Under the pieces are notes generated by a model, which saw nothing but the letters and a program-made list of their open reading frames with translations, was not told the origin of the DNA and did no database searches. Shown one piece after another: positions 48,822-62,127 of a stretch of DNA of 64,000 nucleotides. The DNA lies in NCBI GenBank assembly GCA_043228905.1, contig JBHGNT010000004.1, forward strand, positions 16,120,001-16,184,000. Reading direction: 5' to 3'. How positions within the stretch are numbered: the stretch's first letter is position 1; each line of letters begins with the position of its first letter. The DNA comes from Azolla caroliniana. Its lineage: Eukaryota > Plantae > Polypodiophyta. The position numbers were made by a program, and so were the translations under genes.

Positions 48822-51213
48822 TCTATTCATCCTCCAAGATGTCCAGGATGTTCGGTTCCGCTCGCACGTTCCGGTCCGGAGATGGCGTAATGTCCGTTGG
48901 TGCTTCGTTGCTTTGTTGCGCATCCTATCCCTGCTCGGCCGTTGTGCGGGTTTCTATGTTGTCCAATTCTCCTTGCGTAGTTGGACCCAGCTCTGCTGGC
49001 TCGTTGTCATCTACTACAGTTGGCACTTCCATCTGTGGACAAGCGGTTGACTGAGGCTCTATCCTATCCATATCGTTCTCTATGTTGCCTGGTGTAGTTG
49101 TCATTTCCGGTGAATTGGGTTGAGGCTCCCCGTGCTCAATGGAATCGGTATCGAGTACCGTAGTAGGCTCCGAACGTTGTTGCTCACTCCTGATCTCCAT
49201 TAGTCGGCTGAAAATATCTTCTTGACTTTCCCCGAAGTCGTCTAAGAGCTATGCAAGTTCCTCGGAGTGTTGGTCCGCTAGCATGCGATAATCTTGTGCT
49301 AGGTCCTCGCGTACTGCCGCAATGCCTTCCTCATTGAGTTTGTAGAAACCTCGGCCTTCTTTCCTTCAATTCTCCCAGTCTGCCCGGTAGGTATGCAACT
49401 TTGCCGCTTGTGTTGCCCACGCCATCCAACCTTTGTCTAGCGTCGTTTTTAATTGCGCCGTAAACCTCTCCCGATTTGTTTGAAGAAGTATGCGTACGTT
49501 ATCTGTTTTCACTTGGGAGCGGTTTTGCGCTTCTTCCAAGTTTTTTTTGAGGTTTTTGATTTCTCGCTTATTAACCGCAGCCGCTTCCTCATAATGGTTT
49601 TTCATCTCTACCCATATCTGGAATTCTTTCAAGTGGATTTCTTCCAGCCGGCCCATTTCATTGTTCAGGCGGACTTCTACCTGCTGCGTCACCTCCTGTT
49701 CCCATACAAACTGCTCGTCGTACCACGCTTTCTTCTTTTCCAATAACTCCTGGAGTCCTGAGATTCCCGCTTCCGACTTTTGGGCTTCCTCCCATAGCTT
49801 GTTGTTTTCTTCTTTCGTGTTGGTGTGCGTTGTTGCCTCCACTTCGAGTGCCTTCACTGCCCTTCGGCCTTTGGCCCAAATGTTCGTTTCTCTATCGGAG
49901 GATTGGCAGAGTTCGGAGTGGAGGCAATCCATCTCAGACTCCCCAAGACGCGTAACCCTTTTTGCTTTAGCGGCGATGGCCTTTTGTGCTGCAATCTCCT
50001 CTTGTAGGGTTATCAACGTGTCTTCGTTGGATGCTGGTTTGGGGTTTTGCGGTGCCATAGTGACAATGTGTTCTAGCTCCGTAATGCGCTCTTGGGGCTT
50101 CTGTAATTGGGCTTGAGTCAGCTTGACTGTTTTCCAAACATTTTTTTTCTTGATAGCCATATCCTTGGCGCCCATACTGACTCTAGCCAATTCCCGATGG
50201 GCCTCGACAAGGGCCGCATTCAATGGGGGTAGTTCAATGTGATACCATACTGCAATAACGCATTGAACTCATGTGCTGTGTCCAGAATGTCTGGATATGT
50301 CAGGACTTCCCTTTCCGTCGTAAGACTCCTTTGCCCCGTTGAGATTGTGCCGTAATGATGGGTCGTGGTTCGCGGAATATCTCTAGTGTCGTAGTGGGCT
50401 CTGTGGGGGCGGTCATTTCGGTGGTGATGGTCGTATCTTTTACCAATCCGCGACCGTCCTTTTGGTCTAATTGTCGTCGTTTGGGTTTGGGACTGTCACC
50501 GGCAGGCTCTTGCTCCGCTACTATCATGGAGGGTTGCCTCTCCGCATCTTTGGCCGGTGGTTCCTTCTGTGTCGTCCGTTGGGTGGTAGGAGAAAGTTGT
50601 GCTTCTTCCTCCCATTCGGTGGTAGCTAACTCTACTAGCTGTCGTTTCGCGGATCACAGTGGAGGCATCTGTTCGCTTGGTGTGGGGGCGGGGCAGTCCA
50701 CGAGGACGAAATAGTACGGTAAGGTACTATTGAATGATCGGTCTGAGTTTTTTTTCCAGCTTGATATGCGTAGAGTCCTTCCCTAAGTGTTGGCCCCGTG
50801 ATTACACCCCAGTCTATGGCACGTCCTTCGAAGGTTTCGATGATGACCCCTGCTTTTTGTTTAGGCATCCTGTATACATTGACGTGTACACACCCGACCT
50901 CCAGTAGGAACTTGGCGACTTCCCGAAAAAATGGATTTGGAATATCCTTCATTCTGTATGCTTTAGCCGATGTTGAATATTCTCCAAAGTATTTCTCGAG
51001 GATTTCTGCACGAGAAATTTCGAAGTGTTTTTCCCCTATCACCGATAACCCGAGTTTCTTCTGAACAGTGGCGTTCGTTACTATGTCTATATTCAACTTC
51101 TTGGCTATGTCAAAAGCCTCAGGGTGTGGTGGCGCTTCGACGACCTTGATATAGCCCTCAAACCCCTTTTCTAGGAGCCATCTGCGTAGAGCTGCAAAGA
51201 TAATGATCGGCAT
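48822..51213 (-). pseudogene. Extra ORF of F: globular N-domain, linker, coiled coil, acidic P/T/E tail
   Basis: ORF pieces 50635-51300, 50300-50527, 49366-50223 and 48925-49200 are colinear with the B copy. Confidence 0.8.
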
Positions 51214-52550
51214 CGGGGGTGGATGGGGCTCGTGAAGGTTAGTCGAAGACCATAGGTTATGGTAAGCGCGAGCTCTGTTGTATGGTGGAGAGCGAGGCAA
51301 GCGAGAAGAGCGAAGAGAACGAGGAGAGGTTTGTTGTCTGCAATGTGCAGAAAACCTTCTGGTTTCCTATTTTTGTGGTTTCGTAGTGCCACGTGTTCTT
51401 GCCCTAGAAATTTGTACATGCATAAAGCCCCTTTTAATAGTCATCACTACCTTCTCTCTCTTTTTTTCTTTCTTTCTTTTTTTTCTTTTTTTAACGGTTA
51501 AATACATTATTACTATTTGCAGTATTTTACAAGTGGCCACCAGCTTATTAATTAATGTACGAGCCGCTCTGTTGTGGCACTCACAGCGTGGAACGGGTTT
51601 GGAGGCGTAGGTCCCAAATAGGGTTTCAATCGGAACCCAGTTACTTTCTGTCGAAGTACCTCTCCAGCCAAGGTGCCTAATTGAAAAGTGTTGTTTTCTG
51701 CTCCGACTATCCAGTACGGCCCCGTCCAATGGAATCTCAATTTTCCGGCCATTTGACCCATGCGTGCGTGTTTGAAAGACCAATACTGCATTTTCGGCTG
51801 CGAAGTCCTTCCCCCATGTGACTCGATGTCGATCAACGAATGCTTTATGCCGTCTCTATTCCTGCTCTAGTATGGCCATACTACGTACCCGAGCCTCTCC
51901 TAATTCGAGGAGTTGTTGTAACCATAGCTGCTCGGACTGGCCTTTCGTTAGTCGGTCTCGCACTTGAATCCGCAGACTTGGCACCTAGAATTCGACGAGC
52001 ATTATGGTTTCTCACCCAAACGCCAGCCAGAATGGTGTGGATTGTATGCTAGTCTTATAGCTGGTCTTATATGCCCATAAAGCGTTGTGCAATTTAGTAT
52101 CCCAGTCCGTTCTATTTTCATTCACGATCTTCTTCAGTATTGTCTACAAGGTTTTGTTCGTGGACTCTGCTAGTCCATTCGCCTGTGGATAGTATGACGT
52201 GCTTTTGTTATGGATGACGGTCATAGTGCCCCCCTGTCGTACCATAGTGAGCTTCGCGCAAAATAACTTCCTTCTCATCCTGACGTACCCCGCGTCGCCA
52301 GATTCCATCGTTGCCCTTGTGATACAGTATTCCTTCAACCAGGCAAAAGTTACGGCTACAGACAGCCAATTGTATTTTTTCGTCCGTCCTTAATTGTGGC
52401 AGAGGCACTCCTATAGTCAGAAAGTATGTCGTTTCCATTAGCCATCGATCTGGAAATTTTTTCTCTTCCCGTGACGTTATCATCGTGACCCTCAGCACGT
52501 CCGCATCGGGAAAGTCATCGTCATCTTTCCATGCAATTTCCCCGTCATCA

Positions 52551-52821
52551 AGAACTGGATCGATTGGAACCGATCGGTTAGGCCGGACCGGTGCGTAAAC
52601 TAGTGCACAACAAGAAGCCGTAGCAGTGTGTAAACCGCGAGGCCGTTGGAAAGATATTCCGCGTAGGAATATATTTTGGGAGTTAGTGTAGATCTCAGTT
52701 ATGAGCATTGAAGTACGTGTCAGTACTTCTGTCAGTCCGTATGGACCTGTATAAAAGTACTCACTGAGCAAATCCTATGTACAAATTGAGTATTATTTTT
52801 TGAAGTAAAATGGTGTGTATT

Positions 52822-52863
<42 letters not shown>

Positions 52864-55328
52864 TCGTACTCTGTGTGTGTCCAAGCTCTCCATTAAACCC
52901 ATGTTTTCCTACATTCTGCTCTTTGTTGCTTCTGCATGTTGTTCTTTTCACATGGTATCAGAGCGCGAGGGTTGAAAACCTCTACAGCCAACCTTAGCTC
53001 CAGAAGAAAACCTAACCTTCGTAAAGAATAGGAAAACAGAATGGATAAAGGCATGGCTAGCTTGCTTCCAACCAAGAAGCTCGACAGAAACAACTACGCG
53101 TCTTGGTCATACAAGATGCATCAGTACCTGCTCGGGCATGGATATTGGAGCTATGTCGACGGAGCAAATGACACAACACCCGAGTCGACACACAAAGACT
53201 TCCCGGCTTGGGAACAGTCGGCGAACAGAGTTCTCTACTACTTCGCGTCTTCTGTGGGCGAATAGCTTCTGAGCTATATTCAGGATTTGAAAATGCCGAA
53301 GGATGCCTAGGCAAATCTGAAAGAGATTTTCGCCGCAAGCATCACAACCAAAAAGCTCCAACTCCGACAGGAGTTGAGCAACTTTCTCGGTGGCTGATTA
53401 CACCTTGAAGATCAAAGATATATGCGACTGCTTAGACTCCATCGATCTGAATGTCAAGGAAGGCGAGATGGTGCAGATCTGTGTCGGGGGACTAGCATCG
53501 AAGTTCGGAGAGTTCCAAACTGTTGTGTGCACACGGGAGAATACGCCTTCATTTTTCGACCTATAGTCGACGCTCCTTATAGAGGAGAACCACGCGGGTG
53601 CATCAACGAGTACACACACCGATAGCAAGATGTTGTACCCGGAGGGAGATAGGCCCCATGGTCGTGGCGGACAAGGTGAGTCGGTGCGCAATGGAGGCAG
53701 CCGACAGGATCAAGGAAGAAGGCACCGAAGTGATGCCAACATCAAATCCGGACCCTCCGGAAAAAGGGGGAGTCGAGGCAACGAAAACCGGCAAGGGAAA
53801 CCCGTCGCAGAATGATGGTACTGTGGCAAAAAAGGCCACAAGGAGAGCGAGTGCTGGAAGAACCACGCCGATTTGGAGAAAACCCGATCCAGATCCAAAC
53901 AAACCGACAAAGGAAATCGGCAGCGATCGCACTACACCGAAGGATCTGACAAAGTCGGAAAGGGGGCAGCCTTCGTGACGAGACACGAAGCGAACTCGAT
54001 GAAGAAGACCACCCTGAAATCAGACGAGGTGTGGTACGTTGATTCCGGCACAAGCGGATGGGCCACGTCAACTATCAAAGGCTTCAGGACCTGCAATCAA
54101 AACAAGTTGTGTTCGGATTGCCCAAATTTGTGAAGCCTGCCAGCTAGGGAAGCAACACTAACTTCCTTTCCCAAACGAGCATAACCAGAGTCAGAACAAG
54201 CTCGACTTGATACATTTGGATGTATCGGGGCCGGCACAGAGCGTTAGTCTTGGTGGGAGTCGATATTTTGTCTCCTTCATCGACGACTACTCGCGGCACA
54301 TGTGAATCTATCTCATAAAAAAGAAGAGCAAAGTCTTCGATTGTTTCCGGGACCTCAAAAGTTTCGTAGAAAGGGAAACAGATGAGAAAGATCAAGTGCC
54401 AGCGGTCGAATGGCGGAAAAGAGTACTTTTCCGCCTAATTCAACAGTTATTTGCCACAAATGGGAATTCGGCGCGAATTCAGTTGCAGGTAGCCGAAAGG
54501 AAAAATCGGTCGGTTGTGGAAGCGGCGAGGGCAATGCTGGAAGAAAAGAGCTTGCCCAAGTTCTATTCGGCCGAAGCAGTACGAACCGCGGTCTACATCC
54601 AGAATCAAATCGGAGACAAAGTGTCGGCGCATGAGCTGTTCTTCAGAAGAAAGCCGAATCTACGACACTTGAGAGTTTTCTGTAGCATTGCGTATGTGCA
54701 TGTGCCGAAGGAGAAACGAAGGAAGTTGGACGCGAAAGCCAAGAAGTGTATCTTGGTCGGCTATTTAGACGAACAGAAGGGTTATAAGTGTTATAACCCC
54801 CGAACCAAACAAGCTCGTGTGAGCCGCGATGTTGTCTTTGACGAGTTCACATCCTGGTACTGGCCTCCGACTCCGGACCTCAACTCCAACTCCGGACCTC
54901 CGGACCCAAGTTCTGATGATGAGGTCAGCGAGGCTGAAATGACCCCGGATGACTGCGAAATCAAGACCCTTGATGAGAGTCCAATTTCATTTCGGCTGAG
55001 CAGACCGAACGAGCGACTGGGTCGGTTTGACCAGTTCGAAGAAGAACCAGCGTAGTGGAGACTCGGCCGCGCAGGAAGCCGCATAGACAGCTTACGCACA
55101 AGGAAAAAGGGAAGAAGAAGATGTCGGAGTACGACACGGATAAGTGCGAGTCAGATCGAGAGTGAGGTTCGTGTCGGCCAAGAAAACCTCAACATCGACT
55201 AATGAGCAATTACGCCGATCTACCCGCTAGAAGAACCCTATCGTGCGGTTCGGATACAATGAGTACGTGGCGCATCATTATGCATACATGATGCGTGTGG
55301 CCGAAGTGTGTGAGCCGGAGAGCTACAT
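52551..55328 (+). mobile_element. Ty1/copia element H (D family), 5' part
   Basis: 5'-truncated LTR 52551-52952; PBS TGGTATCAGAGC at 52953-52964; gag, PR and INT fragments. Confidence 0.9.
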
Positions 55329-56323
55329 TGTCATGAAGATCCGTCACTAGGTGCGGATCGTGAGGCGGAACCGCCGGAGTTCTGGACCGGAAGGATTCGA
55401 AGTCGGTACAAGCTTTAGTGAGGAAGTATTTAAGATAGATTGGGAAAGAGAGAAGTTGAGATTAAACGCTTGACTTTCTATTGAGAGAGATTGATTGAAC
55501 TTTTATCTTTAGATTTAAGAAACAAGTTACATGATCAATTCGAAAACGAATTTTCTTCTTCTTAATTTCATAACCAAAAGAGCCTAACCCTTCTTCTTTT
55601 CCATCCCTTCTTTTATAGATGCTCTCATGTATATGATGCATGTGAGGGTACAAGACATGCATAATATGCATGTTTGCCATTTGGCGCTCATGTATTACAT
55701 GTGGTGCATGATAACCATGTCACTCATTTTAGCTCTAATGTATAAGAATTTCCATGTAAAACTACAATGATAGAAATATAAATTTAACTAAATGTCATGG
55801 CTTACTGGTAAGTCATTGACTCTTAACTAGGAGGTGCAAGGTTCAAATCCTCACTTGCCCTCCTTGTGTATATATATGTGATATATATTTATTAATTTGG
55901 TCGTCGGATGCCGCCGCCGCCTCACCAATCGCCGGTTACCGTCCAGTTCCGTTTTGGTTGTCCAAAACCTTTACGAGTGGCTAGGCCACCTCCACTCTTA
56001 GTTCAAGTTACCTTCAACTCTCTATGCTCAACACATAGACACAAAGATAATAGCTTTTGCTCTACCTTATATATGATGAGAGCCGTATTTGTCGTGCCTA
56101 TGTGGGATATCTCATAGTTTTCTCTTTTCCTTTCACAAACTTTATACCCTCATATCTTGATATCTAGTTGTCTGTTTCTCGTGTAATAAAGTGCATTCGA
56201 AAGCTTTTGAAGACCTCCATCATTTTGTACTTAGATACTTCACTATTATTGTTTTATGTGATTCATACTCGATTTTGTATGTTTTATGTGATTTTCACAC
56301 CATTGCCGAAAATCTTCACGACA
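55329..56323 (-). repeat. 3' LTR of E
   Basis: TGTCATGAAGAT...ATCTTCACGACA inverted termini; matches 62128-63103. Confidence 0.9.
55791..55861 (+). other. tRNA-Lys(CTT)-like Pol III module in the 3' LTR of E (more decayed copy)
   Basis: TGGCTTACTGG, CTCTTAA and GGTTCAAATCC. Confidence 0.55.
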
Positions 56324-56394
56324 TCCACCCCCACCAAACCGCACGTCCTTTGGTACGTGCCAAGAAGAAAGAAAGTGAGATTTCGGCTACGGTG

Positions 56395-59300
56395 ATCAAT
56401 CAAATTCGTCCATGTCCTCATCTACATCCACCCTATTATGTTCATCGTTGAGGTGATCGAGGTCAAGATTCTTGTCTGGTCTTTTCTTGAAAATCTTTAC
56501 TCTTTTTCCCGCAATGGGTACGGCCAACCTTGATCCGTCTAGCTCCGCTAGCTAGTATGTGGCATTATCGTTGGCACTTGTCACCACATACGGCCCGAAC
56601 CATCTTCTTGCGAACTTTCTTGTTGTACTGTGTTGATTGTCAAGGCTGTTGTCGTAAACCAAAACCCAATCTCTTTCTTCAATCTTCTTGGGACGAAGTC
56701 GATGCGTGTTGTCGAACTGAACTATGTTCTTTACTCTGGTTGCCTCCATCATCTTTCGCGCTTTTTCTAGAACTTCAGGTCTTCTTTCAAGTTGCCCTAT
56801 CTGCGCCACTAATAACTCTTCTCGGCTCATCTTGTTCTCCCACGGTATCGCTACCCATGAGGCGATCGTCCTTTTGATGGGCATAACGGGCTTTTGTCCA
56901 TACATAAGCTCCGTCGGCATATACCCTGTCACCGAGCTGTGTGTTGTTCTATCGGCCCACAAGGCATAGGGTAATAGTCGTGGCCAATTCCCGACTCGAC
57001 CGTTGAATGCCTGTACGATGGCTTTAACGATAGGTCCATGCCCTTGCTCGATCTTCCCATTCGCTTCCGAATTGTAGGCAGTCGTGAGGGAGAGCTTCAC
57101 GCCTAGTCATTCGAAGAGCTCCGTCGCTTCGTGCGCATCCAACTCCCCTCAGCTGGCCACTATCTTCCCCACACATCTGTATCGGCAAACAACCTCTTCA
57201 AGCAGAAATTTGCAAACGGCTGAAGTCGTCTTATTTGTCAAGGCTCGTCCTTCCACTTGATTTGTCAAGTCTTCCCTTGCCAGCGCTAAGTACTTCATTT
57301 GTCCCACTCCCATTGGCATCGAGACCAAATCCACCATCCATTTGAAGTGTATGGTGAGTGGGTATGTCGGTTGTAACTCATCACGATGACGCATATTTGA
57401 ATATATTTGGCAAGTTTCGCATGTGGACACGAAATGGAGTACATCTTTGTACATGCTTGGCCACCAGTACTTCTCGTTCAACTTTTCGAATGTCACCCAT
57501 CTTCCTCTATGACCTACCCAAGCGCTCTCGTAGAATTCGGTCATCAGCGCCTCTTGCTCTTCTTTCTTCACCACCACTCGACGTGGTATTCCTGTCCTTC
57601 TTTTTGGATGTCGCCAAAGGAATCCTCCCTTCAAGAAGTATCGGTAAGCTTTCTTCCGGATTCGTAGGCCCTCCTCCTTTGTCAACGAAGCATCTACCGT
57701 CAATGTTCTTAGGAATCTACCGATCAGTAACCACTCTCCTTCGTACTCGTTCTCGTTGAAGGCGTGGAGGGTTTGCGTGTCCTGGTCTTCCACCGATAAT
57801 CGAGCCATCTTGAAGAAGTCGAGGGCGACATCTTCATCTTCCGAAACCATGTCGCTTCCATTTTCAAATCTTGCCCTCGACAGCATGTCAGCCATGGCGT
57901 TCTTCCTCCCTGCAATGTGACGGATCTCTGGGTTTAAAGAGTTGATGTAGGCGATCCACCTTAGCATAGCAAGATCTGGGGTCGCACATCCCGAGACCAT
58001 TCCGAGAATTGGGAGACAATTTGTCTCTATTATCACTTCCGACCCGATCATGTAATCTTTGTTCGTCTTCACTGCCGACACAATACCCCAAAGTTCCCGC
58101 TTGACTTGGGCATATCTTTGTTGTCGTTCGCTGAGAACCTTTGCTCCGAACCGGACGGCATATTGCACATTATCTTCACCTTCTTGATTGATGACCCACT
58201 CGATTCCGGTCGGGCTCGTATCTACGGTCACGTAAATCGGCTTCCCTTCGGCATAGTCGGCCTTCCTTAGTGCCGGAGCTTCAAGAAGCAATTTCTTCAA
58301 TCTTCGCATCGCACTTGTGTGCTCGTCTCGCCATTCGAACTTCATTCTTTTCTTTAGTAGTCCATATAATGGTTCGGCGACATGAGCGTAGTGCGGAATC
58401 CAGATATGTTAAATTCTCATGCTCCAAGGAACCTTCTAACCTCCATTTGATTTTCACATTCTTCTTTCATGTCTTGGATCGTGTTCACTCTGTATGGTGA
58501 AGGCTTCTAGCCGTATGCCCCACATAAGTGACCTACCACCAAGATCTCTAGTTGCCCGAATGCGGATTTTTCTCCCGAAAATGTCAAATTCACATCTTCA
58601 AGCCTTTGAAACACCTTCTCGCAATCTTTCATATGATCCACAATGAACTTTCTACAACCTTCCTTATGTTTCGATTCATATTTCTCCTCATCCGAACATC
58701 CTTTTATCGGAATATCATCCAAGAATGACATCATGATGTTTGGGATGCAATCCTTCAAGACTTTATTCATGGCATTCACCATATGAGCCACCGAGTTCGT
58801 TGCGCCTTGGGGTAAGGTACACATCCGCACAAGCCCGATCGGAGTCCTCATGGTCGTAATGTCCCGACTGTCGATCGCCAATTGGAATTGGTCATATCCG
58901 GAGTAGAGATCACCAATGGAGTAGATGGACCGGCCCGCAAACGCTTCGGCAAATTCGTCCACGCTCAAACCGATTCCAGCATTTCGAATTGTCACCTTGT
59001 TGACGGGTTGAAGATCTTGGATGAATCACAATGATCCATTCTTCTTCGGCACCGTGAACCACCTATTGGAATAAGGAGCATTCAACGGTTCTAGAATTCC
59101 CATACTCACCTTCTCCTTTAAGAGCTCGATCAGCTTCGGAAGGTGTGCTCTCAGAACCGGTATCGGTTTCAAATTCCAAGGCACATGAGGCACCTTGAAG
59201 ATCACCATCGGCTCTATAACCTTTGGGTCGGCGCATCCGATTTCTCGTGGGAAGAATGCGAAAGCCTACCCATGTCTCTCAAGCATATCACAAAACATTC

Positions 59301-59880
59301 ACTCCTCTTCAAGGAGAAGGAAATCCTCCTTTCCAACTCGTAGCTTCCCCTTCGTCTCTTTGGTGAAGACATGACCTATCTTCTTTGGATCTCTTAAGCT
59401 TGGATCGTTAGCGATTTCCTTCATCTTTTATCAGCTATCTTCCGATAGCGGAACCGCAACTGGCTTGATCTTCTTATCCACCATTTTATATTTCGTGTTG
59501 ATGTCAGCTTCCTTCATCGAGATGCCACGACGATATTCATCGATGATAGCGTACATGTAGACAGAGCTAACCGAAATCACGCGTTGGTCGTGAAGATAGC
59601 TCAAGTCCACGACGTCCTCGATTTCGCCGATGGTGTCGTTAAATGAGGCTTCTTCCATAATATGAGTCACGAACTCTCCTTCTTCTATTATGTTTTCTTC
59701 TTTTAGCATCTTCTCGAATTCTTGTATCCGATGCTTGTCCTTGTCGGGTGGTACTAGTTTACATGCACCACTAGGTGTGACACATGTTGCTTCTCCTCGC
59801 AATCCACGCACTCTTCTTTCTTGTGGGGTCTTGTGATTGCTCGGACTATTTGTGCCCCATGCTTCAATAGTCCGCTCTAA
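56395..59880 (-). pseudogene. pol: pol (RT-RH-INT) of E
   Basis: DLYSGYDQ, FLDD, VDTS, CETCQ and WFGPY motifs. Confidence 0.92.
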
Positions 59881-62068
59881 AAATTCGAGGATTCGCCTCC
59901 GAGACTATCTCGATTCCTTTCATGATTGGCTTGCACCGTTAGGAATTGGACCGATCTTTGGTTGTCAAGACTCTTTATTCGTGCGAAGGCTGCTCCATTA
60001 TCGAACACTTTGGTCTCCATCCATGATGACGTGATATACAGTTGTCCTAGGATGACAGGATGCGATGCCAATTCTTGCACGAAGAAGTGTTGATCCATCT
60101 CCACATCCCTGATCGTGACTTTGACATTGGGACAAGCTCCGTACAAGTCCTCCGTAGACTTTGTTGCCGCGCGAATCTTCCATCCGTGGTTTGTATTGAT
60201 TGGCCATCTTCCTTTTTTGTAGAAGTTGGTTGACATGAGGTTGATCTCTGAGCCGTGGTCGAGCAAAGCTACCACGGTCTCTTTCTTCTCCCCGATCTTC
60301 ACCGGTGTCTCCGTTGTCGCTCGTGCCCAATGAGGTCGAGTACAATTGTTGTCCACCATATCTTCATCGACTTCGTCTCTTGCCATCGTTATGGCATTCG
60401 TTTTTGCTTTTTGTGGCTTCTCTTCTTCCTCGTCCGATTGTTGTCTTTTTCTCTTTACAAGGTCCACGATCGTGTCATGGAACTCCTTCTTCGTAATGCC
60501 AAGCAATTCCCTCAAGGACAAAGTCACGTGGCTATCAAGAACTCGTTCTTCAAGAATCTTCTTAAGGTCTGTCGTCTGCTCTATGTCCGACCTTAGCTTA
60601 TAGGTAGGCATAATCCTTGTCCTCCAAGCGGGTTCTTCGAAACCAACCTTCACGGGCCGAACCGTTTCTTCAACTCGTATGCTCGGCTCCCCTTTCCGGC
60701 TTGATTCTCGTTCCTCCGTTTGTAAAGGTCGACTTGTCTCCGCTTCGTCCTTCTTTTTCGCGTTCCTTGCTTCATGTCTTTTTGATGGGCCTTGCTCTTC
60801 TATTCTTTTTCTCTTTTCTTCGACGAACACCTCATGGTTGTTGCACATCACCTCCGCGAGTATGGTGTTGTCGTCCACCGGATCCGACCACCCGGTTATG
60901 CTTTGCACGCTTCGGTCTGCAAGCTCTACCTCATTCGATGTGACTTTTCCCTTCTTCTCCTACTAGAGAACGGAAGTCCAAAACTTTGCTCCCGCTCTAG
61001 CAGCTTCAGTCTTGTCTTTCCCGACTCTTATTCCGGCCGACGCAACATAGTCCATCCACATGAGTCGCATCGGCATCCTCCATAGATTTCTTCATTCCTC
61101 CTCTTCTGAAATTCACCCGTAGGGGTCTTCTAGTCTCGCTCAAGCAAATCATGTTGTCCTCTATGTATACGATATTTTGTCGGGTTGCCTCTCGAAGGCT
61201 CGCGCAATCCCTTCTCATGTGGTCCATGCTATTGCACCACACGCATCTAAAGGGTTCTTTTCCTTTAGGGCCCCGACGATTCATGTTGGCTAGTGTGACC
61301 TTCTCGAACTTCTTCGCTAGCTCTTCGATGATGTCGTCATCAATCTTCTTTTCTTTCACGTTACTTTGTCTTGGCGACTCAACTACTTTCGGTGGTCTTG
61401 CCTTCTCCATGGTAGTCGATCCCATCAAGTCGGTGTCATCAACCCATTGGCGACACTTGTCGAGCCTATTGCATGCCCGCTTCACCGCGATCCAGTCCGC
61501 TACGAGCCCATTTGCTTGGATATGTCTTCGAGAAGAGTCCCCAACTCCCGTCTATCCTTCATGTCCACAGCCTTCAAGAAGTACAAAGTCTTGTCCTCTT
61601 CAAGAAACACTTGGTCCGTGTTGGGGAGACGACTAAACATCTAGTCGAATTCGTCGTACACCCTCGAGGCGCTCATCTTCTTATTCTTCTTCTCTATCCA
61701 CTTCATTAGGGCATGTCGAGTCATCCTCGTTGAGTCTTCAGTCCGAACTCCGCTAGTATCATTTTCTCGAACTCGGACCATGTTGTCTTACCTTCATCAA
61801 GCTCGATGACGTGTCTCTAGATGTTGTTGACGACAACTCTCTTGAACCTTACGATTTGACGTGCTTCAGACACGTCCCTCTGATTCATCTCCCCTCTATA
61901 TGCATCAAGGAACTTCGTAACGTTCCTTCCATCGAATTGGCCCTCGAGCTCTACGACATGATCGACAACCTTCTCCACGCTCGTGTCGTTGTCCCGAGAT
62001 CTCATCATTTGCTCGACGATTAGCATTATCCTTTCGAGCTCTCCCGCTTGGTTGCTTGAGGATGCCAT
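59877..62068 (-). pseudogene. gag: gag-protease of E
   Basis: CVWCNSMDHMRRDC and LLDHGSE; natural end ...SNF-TAG. Confidence 0.9.
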
Positions 62069-62109
62069 CTCCAAGTATTAATCTCGGCTTGATCCTTCCT
62101 ACCGCCTCT

Positions 62110-62127
62110 TTCACGTCGGGTTCACCA
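62110..62127 (-). promoter_or_regulatory. Primer binding site, tRNA-Trp (element E)
   Basis: + strand TTCACGTCGGGTTCACCA, 18/18. Confidence 0.9.

Larger units (their letters stand above)
48319..52550 (-). mobile_element. Athila-like element F (3' half: INT, extra ORF, LTR), B family
   Basis: LTR 48319-48775; INT at ~51552-52550 with an internal deletion; extra ORF. Confidence 0.87.

Noticed and set aside
49366-50223. Host coiled-coil (SMC/myosin-like) gene or retroviral env
   Set aside because: It sits at the same position inside two related elements and shows no visible signal peptide or transmembrane segment.
52823-52858. (CT)n tract as an independent element
   Set aside because: It is an ordinary microsatellite expansion within an LTR; similar GA/CT runs occur in other LTRs here.
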